Source: Octopus bimaculoides
Lineage: Eukaryota
Assembly (NCBI RefSeq): GCF_001194135.2
Contig: NC_068998.1
Coordinates: 43,150,497-43,214,496, forward strand
Length of the DNA stretch: 64,000 nucleotides
Reading direction: 5' to 3'
Shown here piece after piece: positions 24,471-36,772 of this stretch. The number at the start of each line of letters is the position of its first letter. Position 1 is the stretch's first letter. The notes beneath the pieces were generated by a model. The model did not search any database. It worked only from the letters and a program-made list of their open reading frames with translations, and was not told the origin of the DNA. The translations under genes and the position numbers were made by a program.

Positions 24471-25307
24471 TTCATGATGATGATGATGATGATGCATTTT
24501 ATTGTGCTTTGTTATGCACATGATCCCCTGGTCTATAGGAAAATAATCTTGCCTAAGACCAATCTATAATGTAAAAGACTTTGGGTTAGGGGACGCTGCT
24601 CTTGGTGACTCCCAGCCTTGGGGATGTCACGTGCTAACAACTGAAAACGTTGTAACAGCCTATACAGTGTTCATAGAATTAAATAAGAAAATGTTAAAGA
24701 AATGAGTGAAAGCTCCTTAATCTCCCTTCCATCATACATTTCACAATGTAGTTTAATCTGCTTTAAATGTCACTAAGTGGTTGAATGGTAACAAACTGTA
24801 GGGGGGAATGATTTCCAATAATTAGTGCTACAGTGTAGCATCACTGATAAACTGATTATTATCTCATTGATTTCGTTTTAATTAATATCGATGAGTATGC
24901 ATGTATCATGAAAGGAGAATTTAGATCCTTCTCCTTAATGTGAACTCACTAAACAGGGCCTCACCGCCACCACCACCACCACCAGCACCATCATCAACAA
25001 CAACAGCAACAACAACAACATTACTGTTCTGCCCTGGTCTTCTTTTCAATTGCTAAGAACCAGTCTGATTCATTAAGGTTCTCCTTCAGTGAACAGCAGT
25101 AGAATCTTGCAGCATGTTATGTCTTCATTAATTCCTAATTTCTTGCTCCTTTTGATGTGATGTAATAGGATTTGGAAGGGGTCAGAGTTTCTATTGCAAT
25201 TAGGGAATCTCTAATTTCAATAGAAGTGGTGGCAGTGATGATTAGAATTAGCAGTATTAATGGAGGTGGTGGTGGTGGCAGCGGAGGAGGAGGAGGAGGA
25301 GTCTTAC

Positions 25308-25452
25308 TACCTGGATTTGTCTCAGTTGTCTGTTGTATTAATTTTACAAATGGAACCATTGAAGTAACCGGCCACTCAAGCTGTGGCCTATCATCGACGT
25401 CCATGATATCAATCGAACCACTTGTCATTCTCAATGCATTCACCCACTGCAC
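25308..25452 (-). CDS. Candidate internal coding exon of a host gene (145 nt, phase 0 to phase 1), possibly the end of a PH domain
   Basis: Minus strand: acceptor aattttag|GTG at 25453 and donor A|gtaaga at 25307. Stop-free, non-repetitive translation VQWVNALRMTSGSIDIMDVDDRPQLEWPVTSMVPFVKLIQQTTETNPG. QWVNALR resembles the Trp-containing PH C-terminal helix (inference). Low-complexity CCT/CCA repeats start right after the donor, as expected for intron. Confidence 0.6.
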
Positions 25453-25729
25453 CTAAAATTACATAATTGATAAAGAGACCCCTATATGGACACTTTAGAT
25501 ATGCGAAACAACAGCCAAATTTCATTCAAATCTGTTTAAGTTGTCACTAAGTGCTTTTAGCAGAGCCCATTCTGTTGTACAAATCTCTGCCATATAAGTA
25601 CATAAGTATGTGTGTACCTAAGGTACACATATACTGTCCCTTAGGTTCCATGCAGAGGGACTGAACCTGAAATAATGTGACTTGGAAGCAAATCTCTTAC
25701 CACAAACCCATGCCTGGATATATATGGTA

Positions 25730-25888
25730 CAAGTGTGGCTGTGTGGTAAGAAGCTTGCTTCTCAACCACATGGTTCCAGGTTCAGTCCCACTATGTGGCA
25801 CCTTAGGCAAGTGTCTTCTACCATAGCCTTGGGCCGACCAAAGCTTTGTGAGTAGATTTGGTAGACGGAAACTGAAAGAAGCCTGTCG

Positions 25889-25939
<51 letters not shown>

Positions 25940-26090
25940 CTGTGTGTGTGTGTGTGTGTGTTTGTGTCTGTTATTCCACCCCACCACCACTACCTCCATC
26001 GCTTTACAATTGATGTTGGTGTGTTTTGCATCCCTGTGATTTTGCAGTGCTCCAGCATGGCCACAGTCAAATAACTGAAACAGAGTAAAT
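25730..26090 (+). mobile_element. SINE family A, preceded by an inverted 5' fragment (about 25615-25715)
   Basis: Same consensus as 4786-5192. Confidence 0.85.
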
Positions 26091-26138
26091 GAGCAAAAGA
26101 GCTTTATATTGCATATCACCATCTTTATTATATATATG

Positions 26139-26174
<36 letters not shown>

Positions 26175-26789
26175 CATACATATATACATAGACATAGACA
26201 AGCACACACAGACACGTACATATGTACACACACACATACACACACGCATACATATGGAGAGAGACAGACAGACAGACAGACACATACATTCCCACATACA
26301 TACATATATACACACCCCTATTTATGAGTGTGTATGTGAGAATGCTACTACAGATGTACGGTTCACAAATATCAGAAATTTATGTAATCCTGTAGATCAG
26401 GATAATTGCAATTCCTTAACATATTGATTTCCATTTTGAAGTGTATCACTTGGAATTCTTCTTTTAACCTATAGATTTTATTCTGCAGCAAGCAACAAGA
26501 TACTGCAATCCTAAGCTGACATATGAAATGGTTTAAATCTAAAGCAAACGAGTACTTATTATTAATTTCTGTCAATCTGTGATTTAATTAAATCGTTTGA
26601 TCAATGCCCCCAAGAATGCCTTTTTTTTTTATCTCTCTCTTTTGTTTCTTTGTAACGGTGAGGCAGTGATGTGCTCCGACAAATAAACCATCACACCGTA
26701 CTAGACATACAAGGAAAAGGAATATTATATACATACATCCGTACATAAATACACACATACATGAATACATACATACATAATACATACAT

Positions 26790-26863
<74 letters not shown>

Positions 26864-26919
26864 GTATATATATATATACATACATATTCATACACACACA
26901 CACACACACACATATATAT

Positions 26920-27535
26920 ATTGTGGCCAATGACAGTACTGCCTGATTGGCACGCAAAAAGCACCATTCGAGCGTGGTCAATGCCAGTGCTGCCTGACTG
27001 GTCCCGTGTTGGTGGCACGGAAAAATTACCATTCGAGCGTGGTCGATGCCAGTGCTGGCTGACTGGTCCCGTGCCAGTGAAACATAAAAAGTACCATCCG
27101 AATGGGATTGTTGCCAGTGCTGCTTGACTGGCTCCCATGCCAGTGGCACGTAAAAAAACACCATTCAAGTGTGATAGTTGCCAGTGCTGCCTGAGTGGTT
27201 GGTTCCCGTGCCGGTAGCATGCAAAAAGCACCATTCGAGCATGGTCATTGCCAGTGCCGCCTGACTGGCTCCCATGTCGGTGGCACGTAAAAAGCACCAT
27301 TCAAGCATGGCCAACGCCAGTACCTCCTGACTGGCACTCGTGCCCGGGCATGTACAAAGTACTCACTACACTCTTGGAGTGGTTGGCATTAGGAAGGGCA
27401 TCCATTTGTAGATGCATTGCCAGATTGGATTGGAACTTGGTGCAGCCTTCTGGCTCACCAGCCCTCAGTTAAACCATCAAACTCATGCCAGCATGGAAAG
27501 CGGACGTTAGATGACAATGACCATGATGATGATGA
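26920..27535 (+). mobile_element. Family C retroposon-like element with an internal ~65-bp minisatellite and (GAT)n tail
   Basis: gccagtgc units start at 26983, 27048, 27113, 27180, 27250 and 27316. The 3' body ends ggaaagcggacgttagatgac...gatgatgat. Confidence 0.8.
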
Positions 27536-28790
27536 TATATATATATATATATATATATATAACACTCACTGCAAGAAATGATAGTCAAACAACTCCGCCA
27601 TGGTAAAGCACTAAATTTATGACAAGGGAAGCAAGCATCCAACGACATCCAGGACATAGCCAGATCACCAGTGATTTCACATTTTAATAATGCCACCACC
27701 ACCACCACCGATGGGCCAGCAGCAGTGACATTGGTGACTACTTGAACAAAAGAAGATACACACATACATAAATTTGCCCGCACACACACACACACACACA
27801 CACACACGTAGGTGCATTTGAAATTTTGAAAATATATATATTATAGTTAACAATCGCAAATTTATAGATTACACCAATGGTGACAAACGAAATACCTTGG
27901 GATATTTATTTTCCCCCAAGGTCCTGAGATAAATGCCATTGAGGTCAGCTTTGACTTTGATCTTTCCTCGATTCAATCAAATAAATATCAGTCACTTAGA
28001 TTGATTAAATTAACAATACATTTTCTCTGAAACTGATGGCTTTGTGCCAAAACTAGAAATTATCTTTTTGATATTATCACCAAGTGCCATTTGTTAATTG
28101 TCGTGAGCAACATATTTTGAATATTTCGACACTTTTGAAGGTTGTTCTTCATTATGGCAACAGTCTAGTAATAGAAACCAGTAAAAGAACCGTAATAAGC
28201 TGAATTCTTCAATGGCTTAAAGCTGCGAAGATTCCTGCATCAAAGCAACAAAGATTCTTGCTTATCTTTTATCTTTAACCTGTTTCAGTCATTTGACTGC
28301 GGCCATGCTGGGGCATCATCTTGAAGAAGTTTAGTTGAATTTATTGATCCCAGTACTTGTTTACGTGTTAAGCCTGGTACTTATTCTGTTGGTCACTTTT
28401 ATCAAACTGCTAAGTTACAGGGATGTAAACACACCAACACCAGTTAAGTAGTCGTGGGGGAGAAACAAAGACACATATACACACACACATATACATAATT
28501 AAAAAGTAATGTAAAAATACATTATGGAGAATATATTATAAACAATTAATAATTAATTATGAATATATCAATGGCCACACATGTTATCGTAAAATACATA
28601 CAAGAAGAATGTTAATTATGAACAACTCATAATTATAACTAAGTGGGTTTCAAAACCCTTACATGTTTAGAAATAGCAGTCAAAACCACTATAAAGCCAT
28701 TTAAATCACCCATATTATTTCTCTTCGGGATAAAAGCTGTCTACGGGTGACATGACAAATAGAATACACAACTTAGAAATAACTGGTTAA

Positions 28791-28852
28791 TTCCCCATTG
28801 CAATTTCGACGTTAGGGGCCTTTTAAGGGACTTATTCGTCTCTTCAGGGGAA
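28791..28852 (-). ncRNA. Type I hammerhead motif with a G at the cleavage position
   Basis: Minus strand: TTCCC-CTGAAGA-GACG...CGTC-GAA-ATTGCAAT(palindromic stem III)-G-GGGAA. All helices pair, but position 17 is G. Confidence 0.65.
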
Positions 28853-29034
28853 TATTCCTGTAGATAGAAATCAAAGCAAGACCTTACCTTGGGACTAACA
28901 TGTATCCCAGCGGGCAAGAGAAGTGTGTCAACCTCTCTCTACACATTCGTCTTAAATACACACACGCAAATATATAGGAAAACTTGTTTTGAGGTTTGCC
29001 TTTCTGTGCAGGAATACATTTCTCTCCATATATG

Positions 29035-29190
29035 TATATATAAAGAATAAGGAGAAAATGGAGAGGTAATTAATAAAACTATTTATTAATTATAAAATAT
29101 GACGACTCTGACAGCTGTTGTCATATTTTATAATTAATAAATAATTTTATTAATTACCTCTTCATTTTCTTCTTATTCTTTAAATATATA
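29035..29190. repeat. AT-rich palindrome (~65-bp arms) related to the ends of the 23021 fold-back
   Basis: aagaataaggagaaaatggagaggtaattaataaa...atatgac pairs with gtcatat...tttattaattacctcttcattttcttcttattctt. The centre contains ACAGCTGT. Confidence 0.75.
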
Positions 29191-29286
29191 AATTTATGAA
29201 CCAAGATTTATATGGTTACCTTATAGTTGAACTTTTTATGTATTTGGTAACTAACCAGTATTTTCATTAGATTTACGATCCCTTAA

Positions 29287-29575
29287 CCCATTACCTCCCA
29301 TGATTCTATTAACTAGAATTTTTTTTATGAAACTGATTTCTAGCATAAAACCGCCTTAGAAACACTATGGAATGATCAAAATAACATTTCAAAATAACAT
29401 TTTAAATAGAAATAAGCGAGATATTGGGTGAAAAATTAGCAAACCTCATTTGAATATCAGAGAAATATACCTAGTAGATATAGCAAAAAGGTTAGATATG
29501 TGTAAATATTGACAGATAATTACGAAATTTGTAATTTTTAAGTGATCTCATATGAGATCACTGGTAGTTAATGGG
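29287..29575. mobile_element. piggyBac-type MITE
   Basis: TTAA at 29283-29286 and 29576-29579; imperfect TIRs cccattacctcccatgattct and cccattaactaccagtgatctc. Confidence 0.65.
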
Positions 29576-29603
29576 TTAATGAGGTTTATTACCTTTACTT
29601 GAT

Positions 29604-29639
<36 letters not shown>

Positions 29640-30384
29640 TACACACACACACACACGGTGGGTTTCTTTTCAGTTTCCATCTAGCAAATCCACTCACAAG
29701 GCGTTGATCAATCTGTGGTTATAGTAGATGATGCTTGCCCAATGTGTCACACAGTGGGAGCGAACCTGGAACAGTGTGATTGGGAGGTAAATTTCGTCCA
29801 TAATCCTTCATTGAAATGATGTAAATATGAAATCAGCTGACACTTTTATAAGAATTTGGAGACTTGTCTAAAAGAAAAGAAAAAAGTCTTAGCAATTAGA
29901 AAGTGAACTACCAATCTTATAAGAAGGTAGGAACATATGTAAGAATACCGTAGAGGTTTGTTGATTGGGAATTAATCTGGAAACCTTTATAAATTTAAGA
30001 AACTTGTTTAAGAGCTCAGTGTAATTCTGCTGATGAGAAATTACTTAACAAGCATTCAGTCATTAAAACATCTTAGGATTTTGCCTGAAAACTCTGTCCC
30101 TATGAGGGAGCTTTGTTACGAAATCCCACAGCGTACTTGGAATAGCATTAACATTAATTTTCACCAGATTACACTTTATTGTCCTAAGGAAAAAAAGGGA
30201 CAGATTGGATGGTATAAGATTAGGCATGGTGTGTGGTAAGAAGTTTACTTGCCAACTAGATTGTTCCAGGTTCAGTTCCACTATGTGGCATCCTGGGCAA
30301 TTGTCTTCTTGAATAGCCTCAGGCCAACGAAAGTCTTGTGATTGGATTTGATAGAAGGAAACTGAAAGAAGCCTGCCATATATA

Positions 30385-31601
30385 CTCATGTGTATATATA
30401 TATATATACTCATGTATATATATACTCATGTGTATATATATATGTGTATATAAATGTGTGCATGCATGCATATGTGTGTGTGCATGTATGTATATGTGTG
30501 AGCATGTATATGGATGTGTGCATGCATTGCATGTATGCTTGTGTGTGCATGCATGTATGTGTGTATGTGTGTGCATGCATGTATATGTGTGTGTGTGTGC
30601 ATGCACGTATATGTGTGTACGTGTGTGCATGCATGTATATGTGTGCGTGCATGCATGTATATGCATGTGTGCATACATGCATATGCATGTGTGTGTGAGT
30701 GTGTGTGCATGTGGATGTGTGTCCTTCTGTCTTTGTTTGCTCCCACCACTATTTGACAACAGGTGATGGTTTGTTTACATCCCTGTAAATAGAAGAAGTA
30801 CCAATCTTTAAAAATGGTAAGCACTGGAGTTGATGATTTATTTGATTAAAATTCTCCAGAACGGTGCCCCAGTATAGCCACAGTTTAATAGCAGTAACGA
30901 TTAAAAGATAAAAGAAAATCCTTAAATTCTAAACTTGATGGTCATGGCTGGCTATACCTTTGATCATAGTACTGCTCAATCGAAACAATGACAACAGTGA
31001 CAACATGAATAATACATTATCTTTTAATAAATCTGTTAGTTTGTGAAAATTATCAATTAAATGATGCATTTAAATATCGTTAGTATGTCAATGCAAATAC
31101 TTCAGAAATATTTGAATATTTAATAGCCATTTATCACATAGATATTTAGTACAAATATTTGATGTGTATGTAATGTTTTAGAATATTTGCATAGTTTTTG
31201 AATGACCTTTGTGTATCTGTATGTTTTTAAATGTGTAGATATGTGTATGCGTGGGTGTGTATATGTCTGTCTGTGAATGTGCATTTGTGTGTGTTTGTGT
31301 GTGTGTGTTCATCCCCATGAATGAGTATGTGTCTGAATTTATCTGTTTACTTGTGCACATCAGCATTTGTGTGTACAAGCCCGGAGAAAGAGAAACAGAA
31401 GTAGACAGTGATAGGTTGACAGAGACACCGAAGGAATACAAGAGAGAGAAAATGAAAGAGAGCTAGAGAGAGAAGAGGGGGAATCCTTCAAAATATATAA
31501 TTGTAAGCTGGTAGAGAGTAGAGTCAGAACAGCTATTTCAATTACCAATACATAAAAAGAACTGAACATTAACAGGTAACCAACCAGATATATATATATA
31601 T

Positions 31602-31646
<45 letters not shown>

Positions 31647-31921
31647 CAGAAATAACTGGTTTTGTTAGCACTAAATATTATACTGAACAAAGATTCAGTC
31701 TTAAATAACAATAAAACACATTGAAGTTTAACTACTTAAACACACGCATACACATATATTCTCTTAGATAACAACTTAGATAGGATGGGAGACACAGAGA
31801 GATACATAGGCATAGAATAAGAACTTTAGATAAATAGACACACACACACATTCATATATATAGATATATATATACACACACATCAACACACACTCACACA
31901 TATATATGCACATGCATACAA

Positions 31922-31958
<37 letters not shown>

Positions 31959-32272
31959 NNNNNNNNNNNNNNNNNNNNNNNNNNNNNNNNNNNNNNNNNN
32001 NNNNNNNNNNNNNNNNNNNNNNNNNNNNNNNNNNNNNNNNNNNNNNNNNNNNNNNNNNNNNNNNNNNNNNNNNNNNNNNNNNNNNNNNNNNNNNNNNNNN
32101 NNNNNNNNNNNNNNNNNNNNNNNNNNNNNNNNNNNNNNNNNNNNNNNNNNNNNNNNNNNNNNNNNNNNNNNNNNNNNNNNNNNNNNNNNNNNNNNNNNNN
32201 NNNNNNNNNNNNNNNNNNNNNNNNNNNNNNNNNNNNNNNNNNNNNNNNNNNNNNNNNNNNNNNNNNNNNNTA

Positions 32273-32315
<43 letters not shown>

Positions 32316-32477
32316 TGTCTTTATACGTTTGTATTATGACCCTCATAAATATACATATGTACATATAAGCTGATATATATATAATATGTATTATGTATAT
32401 ATGTATATTATGTATATGTATATAATATATACATATAATATATATATATAATATATATAGATTATATATATATAATA

Positions 32478-32521
<44 letters not shown>

Positions 32522-33110
32522 NNNNNNNNNNNNNNNNNNNNNNNNNNNNNNNNNNNNNNNNNNNNNNNNNNNNNNNNNNNNNNNNNNNNNNNNNNNNNNN
32601 NNNNNNNNNNNNNNNNNNNNNNNNNNNNNNNNNNNNNNNNNNNNNNNNNNNNNNNNNNNNNNNNNNNNNNNNNNNNNNNNNNNNNNNNNNNNNNNNNNNN
32701 NNNNNNNNNNNNNNNNNNNNNNNNNNNNNNNNNNNNNNNNNNNNNNNNNNNNNNNNNNNNNNNNNNNNNNNNNNNNNNNNNNNNNNNNNNNNNNNNNNNN
32801 NNNNNNNNNNNNNNNNNNNNNNNNNNNNNNNNNNNNNNNNNNNNNNNNNNNNNNATATATATATATATATACATACATGCATACACACATATCTATGCAT
32901 ATTTATATATTTATACATGAACACATACATATATATACATATCTATGCACATATATATACACACACCCAAAGAGATATGCATACGTATATATATATGTAC
33001 GTATATATATATGAATATATATATATATATACAGATATATGTGTATGTATATATATATATATATATATACGTATTTATATGTATGTGTTTGGAAACACGC
33101 ATACACACAC
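30385..33110. repeat. Field of (TA)n, (TG)n and (TGCA)n microsatellites with N-gaps
   Basis: Directly visible. Similar tracts at about 2660-3240, 17025-18060, 26130-26920, 39550-40460 and 56080-56210. Confidence 0.9.
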
Positions 33111-34133
33111 ACTTACACCCACAGAGACACCCACCCCTCTTTGATGTTATAAACTACATTAGTGAGGGACGGTGTGTTTCTGTTACTCGGAGTTGACTAT
33201 TTATCTGCATCAATAAGCAAAATATTTTCCTTTCTGCTGTGGAGGCTGACAGTTACTCATGCATGCAAGTCTTCTCTCTAATTACCATAGTTGCAGTCTA
33301 AGAGAAGTGCATTGCTGTTAGAATTGAAAGGAGGAACAAACTCTGTAAGACTCTCTGACCAACATTCTAACAGTTCTTGCTAATCCAACTATCTGTCATC
33401 TCCTCCAATTCACGACCTTAAAAAATTATATATATNNNNNNNNNNNNNNNNNNNNNNNNNNNNNNNNNNNNNNNNNNNNNNNNNNNNNNNNNNNNNNNNN
33501 NNNNNNNNNNNNNNNNNNNNNNNNNNNNNNNNNNNNNNNNNNNNNNNNNNNNNNNNNNNNNNNNNNNNNNNNNNNNNNNNNNNNNNNNNNNNNNNNNNNN
33601 NNNNNNNNNNNNNNNNNNNNNNNNNNNNNNNNNNNNNNNNNNNNNNNNNNNNNNNNNNNNNNNNNNNNNNNNNNNNNNNNNNNNNNNNNNNNNNNNNNNN
33701 NNNNNNNNNNNNNNNNNNNNNNNNNNNNNNNNNNNNNNNNNNNNNNNNNNNNNNNNNNNNNNNNNNNNNNNNNNNNNNNNNNNNNNNNNNNNNNNNNNNN
33801 NNNNNNNNNNNNNNNNNNNNNNNNNNNNNNNNNNNNNNNNNNNNNNNNNNNNNNNNNNNNNNNNNNNNNNNNNNNNNNNNNNNNNNNNNNNNNNNNNNNN
33901 NNNNNNNNNNNNNNNNNNNNNNNNNNNNNNNNNNNNNNNNNATGAGGTATTAACAGTAACTGCACGATAAAGTGAAGTATATTTGCCACTTAAATGTGGC
34001 TGACCCCGAGGGGTGGATGTTACTGTTGCTTTTAGCCCCAGGAGGACATCTCCTCCAGCTGGCTATCGACACACATCTGTGCCCTGTCTGTATTTGCCAA
34101 GGGAAGTTATCTTTCCCATCTTGATCTACGATA

Positions 34134-34178
34134 CGTACGTACCTGAGTTTCAGGGTTATTTCCCTTCTTCAGCGTACG
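34134..34178 (-). ncRNA. Type I hammerhead ribozyme motif with intact core
   Basis: Minus strand: CGTACG-CTGAAGA-AGGG(AAATAA)CCCT-GAAA-C(TCAG)GT-A-CGTACG. This gives a 6-bp stem I, CUGANGA and GAAA boxes, a 4-bp stem II, a short stem III and a GUA cleavage triplet. Confidence 0.8.
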
Positions 34179-34278
34179 ACAATCGCCGACCTTCGATGCA
34201 AAAGACATCCCTTGGCAAATATATGTAACTTTCTCCAGTGAAATATATATATATATATATATAGGCTCCTCATATATA

Positions 34279-34436
34279 AGGTGTATGCTTGGCTGTGTGG
34301 TAAGAAGCTTGCTTCCCAGCCACATTGTTCCAGGTTCAGTCCCACTATGTGGCACTTTGGGTAAGTGTCTTCTGCTATAGCTTCGGGTGAACCAAAGCCT
34401 TATGATTTGGTAGACAGAAACTGAAAGCAGTCCATT

Positions 34437-34473
<37 letters not shown>

Positions 34474-34684
34474 TGTATATGTTTGTGTGTCTGTGTTTGT
34501 CCCCACACCATCACTTGACAACCAATGTTGGTGTGTTTACATCCCCGTATCTTAGCGGTTCAACAAAAGAGACCAATAGGATAAGTACTAGGCTTACAAA
34601 GAATAAGTGCTGGGGTTGATTTACTCGACTAAAGGCGGTACTCCAGCATGGCCGCAGTCAAATGATTGAAACAAATAAAGAATA
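34279..34684 (+). mobile_element. SINE family A, full length
   Basis: Same consensus as 4786-5192. Confidence 0.9.
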
Positions 34685-34955
34685 TATATATGTGTGTGTG
34701 TATATATAAATGTATGTGTGTGTATGTTATATATATATGTGTTTGTGTGTCCTTCCTCTTACTAACATGGAATGAAAAATTCTTATGATAGCATGAAATG
34801 GTAATATTATCACTAATTTTTTAGTCATGATTAGCAAAAGTGAAACCAGTCGACAATGTAGATACTTTTTTCCTAAAGGTATATGATATATTTCGTCCAA
34901 TGTAAAATTTCTCTTCGTTTCCCTTCTTTTTATACTATTTACTACAACTCACCAT

Positions 34956-35487
34956 GGAGGCGCAATGGCCCAGTGGTTAGGGCAGCGGACTCGCAGTCAT
35001 AGGATTGTGGTTTCGATTCCCAGACCGGGCGTTGTGAGTGTTTATTGAGCGAAAACACCTAAAGCTCCACGAGGCTCCGGCAGGGGATGGTGGCGAACCC
35101 TGCTGTACTCTTTCACCACAACTTTCTCTCACTCTTTCTTCCTGTTTCTGTTGTGCCTGCAATTCAAAGGGTCAGCCTTGTCACACACTGTGTCACACTG
35201 AATATCCCCGAGAACTACATTAAGGGTACATATGTCTGTNNNNNNNNNNNNNNNNNNNNNNNNNNNNNNNNNNNNNNNNNNNNNNNNNNNNNNNNNNNNN
35301 NNNNNNNNNNNNNNNNNNNNNNNNNNNNNNNNNNNNNNNNNNNNNNNNNNNNNNNNNNNNNNNNNNTAAGGGTACATGTGTCTGTGGAGTGCTCAGCCAC
35401 TTGTACATTAATTTCATGAGCAGGCTGTTCCATTGATCGCATCAACTGGAACCCTCGTCGTCGTAAGCGACGGAGTGCCAACAACAA
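34956..35487 (+). mobile_element. tRNA(Arg)-headed SINE of the same family, spanning a gap
   Basis: Near-identical to 6176-6563. taagggtac is duplicated across the N-gap. Confidence 0.9.
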
Positions 35488-36389
35488 TGTATGTACGTAT
35501 ATGTATATATCTTCAACACTAATGCTACTCTACTACAATTTTGTCCCCCTATATCTCCTTTCTAGATTCATTTCTTCTCCAACCTTAGGGGATTTCAGAC
35601 CTGGGAATTGTTTTCTTCATGCACGATTCCAGGCAACAACTGGTAATCTTCTTGTAACATTTGGTGAAGATTCATTGAGAAATGATTACGTAGCTTCGAG
35701 ATAATACACATGTTTTGTAGACATAGATATTCATATATGTATCTCTCTCTATTTACATGCATGTGTGTGTGTATATGTGTGGTGTTCATAAAATGCTATT
35801 TATAGAATAATATTAAAGAAGAGACACCTTTGTACATAGCTCTTCTCACCTAGCATTGTGTGTTTACATACATTCTTTTTCCCATATACACAGTGCTATT
35901 TCATTTTGCCAATACCCCCAGAGACCTCAGATAATTATATTACATATGCACTGTGAAATACTATACTCAAAGTACATTTATCCATTGTTAAGACTTTTCT
36001 ATATTTCCACCTTTATCCCTGATATTTCAATAAGGAATCAGACAATGTTCTTCAGATGAATTCATTCACCCAATCCTCGACATATCTTTGTAGCCTGGAG
36101 TCATAATTAGGTTTCGTTATGCAGTTAGAAAATTTCTTGATATATCATCTGGTCTTTTTAACTTTTTCGTATTACTTGTTTTATTTATTAGACTCTGGCC
36201 ATGCTGGGGCAATGTCATTTTGAAGGATTATAGTTGAACAAATCGACCTCAGTAATTATTTTTTTTTCATAAGCATAATACTCATTCTATCAATGTCTTT
36301 TGATGAATCACAAAGTTATGAGAGCATAACCACATCAACATCAGCTGTCAATTGGTGGTTGAGAGAGAGAGAGAGACACACACACACAC

Positions 36390-36455
<66 letters not shown>

Positions 36456-36737
36456 TGAGGTTCTTTCTGTTTCTGTCTGTCAAACTCATTCACAGGACTT
36501 CAACCAGCCTGAGATTATAGTAGAAGGTGCCATGCAGTGGGACTGAATTCAGAATCATGGACTTGAGAAGTAAACTTCTTTCCACATAACCATGCTAACA
36601 ATAAAAAAAAGACACCATCTCATGGCACAGTTTAGTGCCACTGTTTAGTTCTGCACTAAACATGTGTGCTCTACCAGATATGAGAAATAACAGTCTCTTT
36701 ATCTATTCCTTAAGCTTAACCAATAGATATGAATATA

Positions 36738-36772
<35 letters not shown>

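Noticed and set aside
27570-27601. Possible first coding exon accATGG-MAELFDYHFL with a GTGAGT donor (-)
   Set aside because: Good Kozak context and donor, but its phase-2 end gives an immediate stop when joined to 25452. Unsupported without RNA data.
30063-30187. Minus-strand acceptor followed by TIKCNLVKINVNAIP...
   Set aside because: Only weak donors before the stop and no recognised domain. Other isolated splice-like sites at about 38156, 44872, 48141 and 50290 were left uncalled for the same reason.
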